Source of the DNA: a virus
Direction: 5' to 3' (one strand)
Length of the DNA stretch: 64,000 bases
Virus record (IMG/VR): IMGVR_UViG_3300010885_070871
Span: 1 to 64,000 of that record
Shown here: one piece after another, positions 19,719 to 28,765 of the stretch
Position numbering within the stretch: position 1 is the first letter of the stretch
How the letters are laid out: each line of letters begins with the position of its first letter
Position numbers and translations under genes: made by a program
Notes under the pieces: model-generated
Database searches by the model: none
What the model was told of the DNA's origin: nothing
What the model saw: the letters and a program-made list of their open reading frames with translations, nothing else

Positions 19719-20255
19719 ATGCCCCTTATTATTATCGAAGGTCCAAGAAAGTCAGGTAAATCACATCTTATAGCACAACAGGAAACTTTTCCTGTTTTTA
19801 AATTTGATTTTAATAATAATTTTAGCACTTGGGATTTTAAAAAAAATTCAGAAAAAGTTCATTGGTTTGGTTTAGGTAAGGAAGTTATGCTTCATGAATT
19901 GGATGCAACTGGTATGCTTCCTAAAATGATAGTTGATAGAGGTATACTAACCAATTCAGTTTGGGGAGTTTTCCAAAAAAGAATAACAGTAGAAGAAGCT
20001 AAAAAGGATCTTATTAATTTTAATAAAAGAAATTTTTTCCGTGGTACCAAAATAATCTTAATAGAAGGGTTATCTGAAGAAAAAAGAACTAAAGACATTT
20101 GGGACGAAGATGATAAGAGAAGAGAGGAAGAATATTCTCTTTTTTCATCGTTTTCTAGCTTGCTACGAGACTTTGGGGTGGAGGTCCATGTTTTCCATAA
20201 TAACTTCGATTTGGACTCTGTAATACGATTTAAAACAATTATTAAAGAATTATAA
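19719..20255 (+). CDS. P-loop nucleoside monophosphate kinase (thymidylate kinase-like)
   Basis: IIIEGPRKSGKS Walker A and IVDRG motif. Confidence 0.75.
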   Translation: MPLIIIEGPRKSGKSHLIAQQETFPVFKFDFNNNFSTWDFKKNSEKVHWFGLGKEVMLHELDATGMLPKMIVDRGILTNSVWGVFQKRITVEEAKKDLINFNKRNFFRGTKIILIEGLSEEKRTKDIWDEDDKRREEEYSLFSSFSSLLRDFGVEVHVFHNNFDLDSVIRFKTIIKEL

Positions 20256-20256
20256 A

Positions 20257-21675
20257 ATGTGTGGAATTTTAGTAGCAAAAAGACCTTCTGATGAAAGAAT
20301 AGAATCAATATCGCATAGAGGAATCGAACATAATATTATTTACAAAGACGATCTTTGTTTAATACATCACAGATTACCTATTCAAACATTAGATGGTGAT
20401 AATTGGTCACAACCAGTTTCTATAGGAGAAGATAGATGGCTTTTGTTCAATGGTGAAATATTTAACTATCCTGGGGATTTTGAATCAGATACCGCTTATT
20501 TACAAAACCTATTTAAAACTTTTAATTTTAGTGGGATAGGAATGCTACAAGCAATATATGAACCACATATTGTTTCTTGGGATGGTTTTTGGTCCATAGT
20601 TTTAGTAGATACTAAGAAAAGGGAAGTTTATGCTTTTACTGATCCATTAGGAAAAAAATGCCTTTATAAAAACGATAAAGGTGAAGTTTGTTCTGAAATA
20701 AAAGGATTAATAGAAAAAGATGAAATAAATCCTATAGATCATTCATTTTTTAGTGGTGTTATAAAATTTGGATATCTTACAACTAATCAAACACCGTACT
20801 TAAATATTAAAAAATTAGAACCAAATAAATTTCACCATTGGAGTTTAGATCATTCAATAAAAATGGATGTTTCAGATCCATATTACAATTTTAATGTATT
20901 TGATGCTGGACTAGTTACATACGATGATAGAATGGATTGGCTTTGGAATAAATTAGAGGATTCTGTACAATCAAGACTAATCTCTAAAAACTATCCAACT
21001 TCTTTATTGCTTTCAGGCGGATTAGATTCATCGATAATAGCAGGACTTCTCCTTAAGTTAAATGCAGACGTTAGTTTTTATTCTATATCAAACGGAGAAG
21101 ATGAACACTACATAAAAGATTGTGAAAAATATTGGGAAATAGAATCAAAAAGACTTAAATATGATATTGATCTAGAAAGTGAAAAAGGTAAGCAGGAGTT
21201 AATAGAAATATACAAAAAATGGAACGAATCACCCGTAGATATGGGAAGTGTTATTCCGCAATATCATCTTTTTGATGCTATAAAGAAAGGAACAAATACT
21301 AGAATAGTAATATCAGGAGACGGTGCAGACGAATTATTTGGTGGTTACAGAAGAATAAACGAATATGATTCACAACAATCTGATATATTCCATGAATTAA
21401 CTTCATATCATTTACCTAGACTGGATAAGATGTCAATGGCTCATACACTAGAACTTAGAAGTCCTTTTCTAAATCATGATATAGTTAGATTTGCTATAAA
21501 TCTTCCGTTTGAAGAAAGAAAGAATAAGAAGATTTTAAAAGATACTTTTAGCGGATTAATTCCAGATTCTATTATAGAAAGAAAAAAATTGGCTCTTAAA
21601 AATACTAAAATAATTGAGGATCAAATAGAATATAGAAAAAAAATAGTTGAATTATTCCTTGTTTCCGTTTCCTAA
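20257..21675 (+). CDS. asnB: asparagine synthetase B-like glutamine amidotransferase
   Basis: N-terminal MCGI (Ntn cysteine), HRG, FNGEIFN, LLSGGLDSS, SGDGADELFGGY and ELRSPFL. Confidence 0.88.
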   Translation: MCGILVAKRPSDERIESISHRGIEHNIIYKDDLCLIHHRLPIQTLDGDNWSQPVSIGEDRWLLFNGEIFNYPGDFESDTAYLQNLFKTFNFSGIGMLQAIYEPHIVSWDGFWSIVLVDTKKREVYAFTDPLGKKCLYKNDKGEVCSEIKGLIEKDEINPIDHSFFSGVIKFGYLTTNQTPYLNIKKLEPNKFHHWSLDHSIKMDVSDPYYNFNVFDAGLVTYDDRMDWLWNKLEDSVQSRLISKNYPTSLLLSGGLDSSIIAGLLLKLNADVSFYSISNGEDEHYIKDCEKYWEIESKRLKYDIDLESEKGKQELIEIYKKWNESPVDMGSVIPQYHLFDAIKKGTNTRIVISGDGADELFGGYRRINEYDSQQSDIFHELTSYHLPRLDKMSMAHTLELRSPFLNHDIVRFAINLPFEERKNKKILKDTFSGLIPDSIIERKKLALKNTKIIEDQIEYRKKIVELFLVSVS

Positions 21676-23133
21676 AGTTACTTCTACACCAGCTTCAGCT
21701 TTTCCTTTTGCTTCTTTTGGAGAATATCCTTCAGGTCTATCAGTCAATACAAAATCTTCAGATGGATCTACAACTAAACCTGCAGCACTTAAGAAATCTC
21801 TATTTAGAAGTAATGGTGTACTTTTTTCAGTTCTGTCTACTAAAGAGAATTTAACTTTTTTATAAACTATACCATTGAAATTAACATCTAAGTTAACAAC
21901 AGATCTTTTGTGTATTTTTTCACCAACCTCTGCTTTAGATTGACCAACAATTTTATTTTTAAATTCCTGTCCTCCTAAAGTCCAATTTACATGCCCGTCA
22001 ATTTCTTCAAAACTGTCAGCATGTAGAGAACAAGATGTTGCTCCGTTTCCTGTATCTAATTTTCCTACAAATGTACCAACCCCTTGAACTGTAACTAGTT
22101 CTCTAAACCCTGTAACTTTCTTAGGTTTAACCCAGTTTTTCTTATCTAAAAGAAAATCTACTATCACATCAGTAACTGGTATTCCTGTAGTTTTTTCTAT
22201 TCCTGTTGTACCAGGTGAAGCATTAACTTCTAGAACATAGGGTTTTTCAGATTTCTTATCAACGATTATATCTACACCACACCAGAGACATCCAGTAGCT
22301 TTAGCAGATTCTATTGCTATTCTTTCTATATAATCAGGGAGTTCAACATTTTCTGTTTCACCACCTAAAGAGTAGTTAGTCCTAAAATCCCCCTCTATTT
22401 TGATTCTTTTCATCGCTGCGATGACTTTATAGTTGCGGCCAGACATATTATCGCTTTCAGCAATAACATGTATTCTTAAGTCATATTCAGCTTCAATTTT
22501 TTCTTGTAGAACTATCTCTGTTCCTGGTGATAAATGCCATATTGCTTGTAAGGTAGAAATAAGAGACGGTCTTGAATCTATCATGAATACTCCAATACCT
22601 TTAGTTCCTGAGATAAATTTACAAACTACTGGATATTCACCACCTACTTCTTCTACTGCTTTATCTATATCATTTTCTGATGATATTAAAGATGTTTTAG
22701 GTGTAGGTATATTAGAAAGCTGTAATTTTCTTGTTGTTTCTAATTTATCCTCACATATATTTACAGATTCATATGAATTTACACAAGGAAAACCTAGATC
22801 CTCCATTTTCTTAAAGAACCCTTTTGCTGCATTATTTTTTATAGCAGACCTTCTAGTTAATACTATGGTTCTATCTAAATATATTTCTTTTGGCTTACTT
22901 CCACCACTTGATATTAGAAATGTTCCTTTTGTTGTTTTTTGAATAGATCCTTTTTCTGTGTCTATTATTATAGATCTTATTCCTTTGTCCTCACAAATTT
23001 TAGTTAACTTGTCAGTTGTTGGAGCGTTTTTTAGACTCTTACCTAATTTAGTAGTCAGGACAACAACAGTTAAAGGATTTTCTTTTCCTTTAATTCCTTT
23101 AAATATAAATTTTTCAAATAAATAATCGCTCAT
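21652..23133 (-). CDS. rimK: RimK-family ATP-grasp ligase fused to a C-terminal retropepsin-like (RimB-type) aspartic protease
   Basis: DKLET, GTKGIGV, LQEKI, DFRTNYSLGG, GVDII and LEVNASPG; C-terminal KLDTGNG..SLHA and LLLNRDFL. Confidence 0.85.
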   Translation of the reverse strand: MSDYLFEKFIFKGIKGKENPLTVVVLTTKLGKSLKNAPTTDKLTKICEDKGIRSIIIDTEKGSIQKTTKGTFLISSGGSKPKEIYLDRTIVLTRRSAIKNNAAKGFFKKMEDLGFPCVNSYESVNICEDKLETTRKLQLSNIPTPKTSLISSENDIDKAVEEVGGEYPVVCKFISGTKGIGVFMIDSRPSLISTLQAIWHLSPGTEIVLQEKIEAEYDLRIHVIAESDNMSGRNYKVIAAMKRIKIEGDFRTNYSLGGETENVELPDYIERIAIESAKATGCLWCGVDIIVDKKSEKPYVLEVNASPGTTGIEKTTGIPVTDVIVDFLLDKKNWVKPKKVTGFRELVTVQGVGTFVGKLDTGNGATSCSLHADSFEEIDGHVNWTLGGQEFKNKIVGQSKAEVGEKIHKRSVVNLDVNFNGIVYKKVKFSLVDRTEKSTPLLLNRDFLSAAGLVVDPSEDFVLTDRPEGYSPKEAKGKAEAGVEVTLGNGNKE

Positions 23134-23156
23134 GTTCTATATATCAGGAATTCACT

Positions 23157-23181
23157 AAAAAGCACAGAAAATCTGGGCTTT
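23157..23181 (-). terminator. possible weak intrinsic terminator between the acidic protein and rimK
   Basis: Minus strand reads aaagcccag-atttt-ctgtgc-ttttt; imperfect stem. Confidence 0.4.
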
Positions 23182-23188
23182 GATCTTT

Positions 23189-23890
23189 TTAGTTAAAAAA
23201 ATTATCAAATCTTATGACTCTTTGGGTTTCTTCCTCTTTTTCTTCTGTATTTTGTTCTAAGTCAGACTCATCTTCTTCTTCGGTATCATCATCGTCATCG
23301 TCATCATCGTCATCTTCCTCCATTTCTACCTTTGTTTGATATTCATCATCATTTTCACCTTTCATATCTCCACCTTCTATATCTTCCTCCTCGTCGTCCT
23401 CATCTTCTTCTTGAGTATCTTCTTCCTCATCGTCCTCGTCTTCTTCTTGAGTATCTTCTTCCTCGTCGTTGTCCTCTTCTTGAGTATCTTCTTCGTCGTC
23501 CTCATCTTCTTCTTGAGTATCTTCTTCCTCTTTAGAATCGTCCTCTTCTTGAGTATCTTCTTCCTCATCGTCCTCATCTTCTTCTTGAGTATCTTCTTCC
23601 TCTTTAGAATCGTCCTCTTCTTCTTGAGTATCTTCTTCCTCATCGTCCTCATCTTCTTCTTGAGTATCTTCTTCCTCTTTAGAATCGTCCTCTTCTTCTT
23701 GAGTATCTTCTTCCTCTTTAGAATCGTCCTCTTCTTCTTGAGTATCTTCTTCCTCGTCGGCGTCTTCTTCCTCTTCTTTTTCCTCTTCCTCTTCTTCTTC
23801 GCCTATTTTAGCTCCTTTCCAAAGCTCATTCTCTTTAAAATTTACGTTTCTTTTTGAGAATTCCTCAAATGATAAAATACTATTTTTCAT
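23189..23890 (-). CDS. extremely acidic low-complexity repeat protein (EEEDTQEE/DDSK repeats)
   Basis: 233 aa, mostly E/D; non-repetitive termini MKNSILSFEEF and VIRFDNFFN; A-rich start context. Confidence 0.75.
   Translation of the reverse strand: MKNSILSFEEFSKRNVNFKENELWKGAKIGEEEEEEEKEEEEDADEEEDTQEEEDDSKEEEDTQEEEDDSKEEEDTQEEDEDDEEEDTQEEEDDSKEEEDTQEEDEDDEEEDTQEEDDSKEEEDTQEEDEDDEEDTQEEDNDEEEDTQEEDEDDEEEDTQEEDEDDEEEDIEGGDMKGENDDEYQTKVEMEEDDDDDDDDDDTEEEDESDLEQNTEEKEEETQRVIRFDNFFN
23380..23800 (-). repeat. imperfect 33-39-bp tandem repeats (core tcttgagtatcttcttc on the + strand)
   Basis: About 10 copies read directly. Confidence 0.9.
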
Positions 23891-23904
23891 GTTTTTATTA
23901 TTTT

Positions 23905-24156
23905 TTATTCTGTTATTCCTATAGAAGCTGCACTTCCACTTTCTGTTGCTCCAAATCCTGGATAGTCTATTTTAGACGTTCCTTTAAAAACTGCATCTTT
24001 ATAACCCACATAATCATAAGCAGCTTCTGGAGTTATTTTATGTAGCCCTGTTCTATCCTCTTTGCTAAGATTAGCAGGATTCCAAGGATCCCCTATAACT
24101 TTTAAAAAATCTTTATAGGACAATATTTCTCTTTTTTTTACGTTTTTCTGATTCAT
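23905..24156 (-). CDS. hypothetical protein
   Basis: 83-aa ORF in the minus-strand run; ILSYKDF motif. Confidence 0.65.
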   Translation of the reverse strand: MNQKNVKKREILSYKDFLKVIGDPWNPANLSKEDRTGLHKITPEAAYDYVGYKDAVFKGTSKIDYPGFGATESGSAASIGITE

Positions 24157-24161
24157 TTTTT

Positions 24162-24872
24162 TTACATATTTTGGAATATACTAGAAAGTCCTGTTTTCAT
24201 AGCTTTTGCATATATTCCAGGATCTTTAGTTTCTGCTTTTTCTATTTCAGTAGCTAATTTTTGTTTATCTTGTGGACTAAAACTTTTACCAGATATTATA
24301 TCTCCTAGACTAAAACCACATATTTTATCAGCTATCATTGCCTCTACTTTATTCATGAAACTAGTATCATTCACGTAATTAGTTAAAGCCTCTCTTAAAC
24401 TAGCTGCTAGTGTTCCTCCTAATCCAGTATTCATATCCATTCTTAAACCTAATTTAGGTAAAAGATAATCTATTCCTCTTTCTTCGATTGTTTCTGCTAA
24501 TCCTTCAACAATTGCTCTTGACCAATTTTTACAAGAACCTTTACCAAAATATTTACCTATTTGTGTAAAGTGTACTCCTTCTATAACGTTTCTAACTAAT
24601 TGGTAAAAAAATGTTGGTTTATTCTCGTCGTCATATGGTTCAATTCCTAATTTTTCTGCTGCCCAATCTATTATATAGTCTTTAAAGGTATCAGTAAAAC
24701 CTCCCCCAAGTGATCCAAAAAATGAAGTAAATATATTTTCGTTTATTTGGGCTTCTGTTAATCCTTCAGATTTTAATCTTAAATATTCACTCTCCAAAAG
24801 CTGAAATTTTTCCTGATGATCTACGTTAGACTTAGATTCAGATATAAATTGAGAATATCTTTGTATTTTCAT
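24162..24872 (-). CDS. hypothetical protein (probable internal head protein)
   Basis: ATG at 24872 (MKIQRYSQFISE) preferred to TTG 24899 because GATATATA lies at 24890-24897. Confidence 0.7.
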   Translation of the reverse strand: MKIQRYSQFISESKSNVDHQEKFQLLESEYLRLKSEGLTEAQINENIFTSFFGSLGGGFTDTFKDYIIDWAAEKLGIEPYDDENKPTFFYQLVRNVIEGVHFTQIGKYFGKGSCKNWSRAIVEGLAETIEERGIDYLLPKLGLRMDMNTGLGGTLAASLREALTNYVNDTSFMNKVEAMIADKICGFSLGDIISGKSFSPQDKQKLATEIEKAETKDPGIYAKAMKTGLSSIFQNM

Positions 24873-24889
24873 TACAACACTTTTTAATG

Positions 24890-24924
24890 TATATATCAAT
24901 TCTGCTTATAAATTCTGATATATA
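24890..24924. promoter_or_regulatory. back-to-back divergent GATATATA motifs
   Basis: tatatatc at 24890-24897 and gatatata at 24917-24924, each pointing into its own gene. Confidence 0.65.
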
Positions 24925-24931
24925 GTATAAG

Positions 24932-25339
24932 ATGTCAAGAATTCCAAAAATAGATAATTATCAAAAAGATTTTCCAAATGTATATGGAATAGAATCTGAT
25001 TTTTGTTATGCTGTAGTTGAAGACTTTACAGCAGAAGCATTAATAGAGTATAAAGAATCTGGTACTATATCAGGGATTAAATGTTATGAACCTTCTTGGA
25101 ATTTAATAAATATACTTGATGGTGACTATTTGATGTCTAGTAAAAATGGATTATATGTTTTATTAAAGGATTTTGATGGATTAATAGAGATAAGACCACA
25201 AAAAAATATAGGTTCACAAAAACCATCATTTGATTTTATAAATAAAGAATGCCTCGTAAAAATAGGGAAAGATTCTGTTAATTCAAAAATTATGTCCTTA
25301 GAGGAAAGAACAAAAATTATACCTATAAGAGGAATATGA
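24932..25339 (+). CDS. hypothetical protein
   Basis: 135-aa ORF downstream of GATATATA. Confidence 0.65.
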   Translation: MSRIPKIDNYQKDFPNVYGIESDFCYAVVEDFTAEALIEYKESGTISGIKCYEPSWNLINILDGDYLMSSKNGLYVLLKDFDGLIEIRPQKNIGSQKPSFDFINKECLVKIGKDSVNSKIMSLEERTKIIPIRGI

Positions 25340-25890
25340 AAAAAATATTAGATTTTAACCAGTTTTCTTTATCAGAAAGCAGCGCAGCAGGCAACAGGGA
25401 ACAAACACACCATATTCCTTTTTCTTACACATCTCATGATCCTAAAGAGGGATATAGCAGTAAAAGTTTTATATCAGATTTAAAAGCTATATTTATAGAT
25501 AAACCAGAAATTAAAAAAGAAATAATAGAATTTTTATCATCTAAAGTTGGGATAACAAGAATAGACGATTTAGAAAAAAGACCTATATCTTTTATAGCAA
25601 AATTAATTCCAGAGATAGAAAGAATAATAGATGCAGGTGAATACGAGCCAGAGGTAACGATGCCAGGTGGTGCACTATTATTTATTAGAAACAAAAAATT
25701 CAGTGATGGTACAGGAGCTGATTTTTATATTAATAAAAAAGGAACTAAAATAGAGGTTGTGACGGAAGACAATTTAGGAAAAGAAAAAGTAATGTCTTTT
25801 GAAATTGATAGTTTTCCTTTTGATAGATTTGAATTTAAAGAGGAAGAAAAAGAAGAATTAAATGCTCTTAGAAAAGCAAAAGGAGTTTAA
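25336..25890 (+). CDS. hypothetical protein (probable internal head protein)
   Basis: N-terminus MKKILDFNQFSLSE; ATGA overlap. Confidence 0.65.
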   Translation: MKKILDFNQFSLSESSAAGNREQTHHIPFSYTSHDPKEGYSSKSFISDLKAIFIDKPEIKKEIIEFLSSKVGITRIDDLEKRPISFIAKLIPEIERIIDAGEYEPEVTMPGGALLFIRNKKFSDGTGADFYINKKGTKIEVVTEDNLGKEKVMSFEIDSFPFDRFEFKEEEKEELNALRKAKGV

Positions 25891-26603
25891 TCCCCTCTGA
25901 AATTATTAATTATCATCTCAATAGATTTTTCTTTAGATATTTCTGTTCCTGTTTCCATATCAACTTTATTAGATATGCTAGATATTATTATACAGTCATG
26001 TTTACCAGAATAATCTTTTATATTAGTTTTTAAAAATCCTTTTATCTCTTTAATTTCTTTTGTAGTTTCACATAACGGATCTAGAAGCTCGGTCATAAGT
26101 AATGCAACACTTTCCTTTCCTGATATCTTTACAATAGAAAATCCCCAGGAAAAAACTCTCATGTATTTTTCGGTATCCTTCCTAATAATTATAAATCCTT
26201 CATCCCATAAATTATACCTGTTGCAATAGCTTTCAAGTTTGACCATAGAATTATAAAGAGCTTCAGTTTCTTTATTTTCTTGTAGAAATTTCTCAATTAC
26301 TTTTATAGAATTTTTAACTATACTATCAATTTCCCCTATATCATCTAAATTTTTATCTAATAGATTATAAAAATTATTTTTTTCATCTTCTGTCATTGAT
26401 ATCAGGGTTCTTTGAGTTAGCTCTGAGCTATTATCAAAATTAACAAGATCCTTCTGCATATTCAAAAGACTGGAGAAATTTTTAACAAAATTAGTCTTAC
26501 CCATACTTTTCTTTGTTTTAACAAGAAAATCCATAAGGATATAGTATTTGTGTTCAGTGTCTAGCGGAGCTTCTAAAAACCAGTATGGCTTTAGTTTTTT
26601 CAT
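25887..26603 (-). CDS. hypothetical protein
   Basis: Long ORF; ATG at 26603 (MKKLKPYWF) preferred. Confidence 0.7.
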   Translation of the reverse strand: MKKLKPYWFLEAPLDTEHKYYILMDFLVKTKKSMGKTNFVKNFSSLLNMQKDLVNFDNSSELTQRTLISMTEDEKNNFYNLLDKNLDDIGEIDSIVKNSIKVIEKFLQENKETEALYNSMVKLESYCNRYNLWDEGFIIIRKDTEKYMRVFSWGFSIVKISGKESVALLMTELLDPLCETTKEIKEIKGFLKTNIKDYSGKHDCIIISSISNKVDMETGTEISKEKSIEMIINNFRGD

Positions 26604-26689
26604 AAAATTCAAAAAAATGTCTTATATTATATATAGATGAATCAAAAAAATTACCATTAAAAAAAAATTTAATAAATTAATTAAAACGT

Positions 26690-26716
26690 GAAACTTATTT
26701 TCCAAAAAGGTCTAAA
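26690..26716 (+). promoter_or_regulatory. candidate ECF-sigma-like promoter GAAACTT-N13-GTCTAAA for the glycan operon
   Basis: Sits in the gap before the 16-gene cluster and resembles GAACTT/TCTAA ECF promoters. Confidence 0.45.
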
Positions 26717-26766
26717 AAATTTACCTAGTAAATCCCGGGCCATGAATCATAAAATATAGTATCTCT

Positions 26767-27390
26767 ATGAGCCCCCAATTTTTAGTTATAGCATATTACA
26801 CCAAAAACACAAGCTACCAAAACTTAGCTAACAGTTTAAAACAATCTTTAGACAGATTCACAATCCCCAATTTTATAAAACCAATAGAAGATCTAGGCTC
26901 ATGGGAAAAGAACACACATCATAAAGCATATTTCATTAAAGAGTGTCTGGAGACAAAACAAGAAAACCTACTTTATGTTGACGTAGATGCTGTTTTTAGA
27001 AGGTACCCAGATCTTATACCAAATCTTGATTGTGATATAGCATACAGAACTGAAAACTTTAGATGGAGAGCAGATGAAGCTTTGTCGGGAACCATATTCT
27101 TAAAAAATAACGATAATATTAAAAAGATGGTTAATCGTTGGATCGAGCTAAACCAAGCTACTCCTGCTGAAAGAATGAAACCAGAAACTTGGGAACAGAA
27201 AAATATGCAAAGGGCACAGAGAGAATTTCAGGATTTGACTTATTATAACTTTCCTCCTGAATATACTTTTATTACAGACCACACTAGAAGGATGTATCCT
27301 AATATAAGTCCTGTTGTTGAACATTTCCAAGAATCAAGAAATGTTCATAAATCCCCGAATCAAAATCCAGGTTTTAGGCTAAGAAGATAG
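26767..27390 (+). CDS. GT-A nucleotide-diphospho-sugar transferase-like protein
   Basis: LLYVDVDAVF DxD motif, LSGTIFL, WEQKNMQ and EHFQESR. Confidence 0.75.
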   Translation: MSPQFLVIAYYTKNTSYQNLANSLKQSLDRFTIPNFIKPIEDLGSWEKNTHHKAYFIKECLETKQENLLYVDVDAVFRRYPDLIPNLDCDIAYRTENFRWRADEALSGTIFLKNNDNIKKMVNRWIELNQATPAERMKPETWEQKNMQRAQREFQDLTYYNFPPEYTFITDHTRRMYPNISPVVEHFQESRNVHKSPNQNPGFRLRR

Positions 27391-27391
27391 T

Positions 27392-28129
27392 ATGATTTTA
27401 AAACATGCTGTTCTAAGCTCAAACTCGAACCCAGAATATCTTGATTTTTGGCCTTATGTTGCTAAGGCATGGAGAGATGTTATAGGATTAAATCCTGTAC
27501 TTCTTTATATTGATAGTTCAGAACCCCCTGAGTGGGTATATGAACATGGTATTGTTTTTCATCTAGAATCTATAAATGAATGGTCAATTGCTCAACAAGC
27601 ACAATCAATAAGATTCTGGGGAGCACGTATATTGAAGGAACCTTTTATAATCTCAGATATGGATATGTTACCTATATCTAGAGATTATTATGAGAATGGG
27701 GTTAAAGATATAGGAGAAAGAGGTATAGTTTCTTATAGCTCTGATATTATCAAATACCGATGGTATAGAACTAATCCACAATATCCTATGTGCTATCTTG
27801 CAGGTGATCCTAAATCGTTTGTAGATCTTCTAGATCTGAATGATCTTGACCATAAATCTTTTTTGAGAAGACTTATGAGAATGAATATAAGATTTGGAAC
27901 AGACCAAAAGTTTTTTTATAATCAATCACTAATTAAGAAGAATGTGACTATAAAACATTTAGAAAGAGGTTGGATAGAAGAAAAATATGCTACACGAAGA
28001 TTGGATAAAGCAATCTGGCCAAAAACGGACTATTTAGCACAAGAATATATAGACTGCCATTTACCTAGACCTTATAATAGTAATAAAGGAATTTGTGATA
28101 ATCTTTTTGATAAACTTAATTTAAAATGA
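27392..28129 (+). CDS. putative glycosyltransferase-like protein
   Basis: IISDMDMLP DxD, GTDQ and IDCHLPRP; cluster context. Confidence 0.55.
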   Translation: MILKHAVLSSNSNPEYLDFWPYVAKAWRDVIGLNPVLLYIDSSEPPEWVYEHGIVFHLESINEWSIAQQAQSIRFWGARILKEPFIISDMDMLPISRDYYENGVKDIGERGIVSYSSDIIKYRWYRTNPQYPMCYLAGDPKSFVDLLDLNDLDHKSFLRRLMRMNIRFGTDQKFFYNQSLIKKNVTIKHLERGWIEEKYATRRLDKAIWPKTDYLAQEYIDCHLPRPYNSNKGICDNLFDKLNLK

Positions 28130-28764
28130 ATAACCCACTTTTTATATCATACTACACAAAAAACGACTACTATCAAGAATGTTCTAGAAATTTAAAATCA
28201 ATGTGTGATTCTCTAGGTATTGAGATAGAAATAGCAGAAGTTCGTGATTTGGGTTCATATTGGAAAAATACATTATATAAACCAACCTATATTTTAAATA
28301 AAATAAAGGAGAAAAAAGTAGATTTGATATGGATAGATGTAGATACCAAAATAAAAAAATATCCAGATTGCTTTAAAAAATGGAATACAGATCTTCTTTT
28401 TTCTAGTCATACTGGAGATCTTCAAGGTATAAAAGCTTCACCTATAGGTTTTAAGTATAATGATAGATGTATAAATTTTCTAGAAGAATGGTCCAAAAAA
28501 TGTAATGAAAAAATAGAAAAAAATGACATAGACATGGATCACGATGTTTTAAAGTATGAAATAATTTCTGATTTTTGTGGTAAGATATCTTTAGATGTTA
28601 TGAAAGACGGATTTAACTTTAAAGATTTTAGTGATGGAGAAGTAATAGACAATGGTATATCTAGAGGAATATCTAAACATCAAGAGGTAAAAATAGTTAT
28701 GAATAAAAACAGAAAAAGATCGTATGATTTTGATAAAACATCTATACAAAAATTTATTATCTAA
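28126..28764 (+). CDS. GT-A glycosyltransferase-like protein
   Basis: YKPTYI, IWIDVD, ASP and DHDVLK; paralog of its neighbours. Confidence 0.65.
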   Translation: MNNPLFISYYTKNDYYQECSRNLKSMCDSLGIEIEIAEVRDLGSYWKNTLYKPTYILNKIKEKKVDLIWIDVDTKIKKYPDCFKKWNTDLLFSSHTGDLQGIKASPIGFKYNDRCINFLEEWSKKCNEKIEKNDIDMDHDVLKYEIISDFCGKISLDVMKDGFNFKDFSDGEVIDNGISRGISKHQEVKIVMNKNRKRSYDFDKTSIQKFII

Positions 28765-28765
28765 T

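Noticed and set aside
23332-23857. Hydrophobic repeat ORF (23336..23857 +), 23332..23535 + and basic repeat ORF (23377..23652 -)
   Set aside because: These are antisense or alternate-frame shadows of the acidic repeat gene, which has the proper start context and shared terminal motifs.
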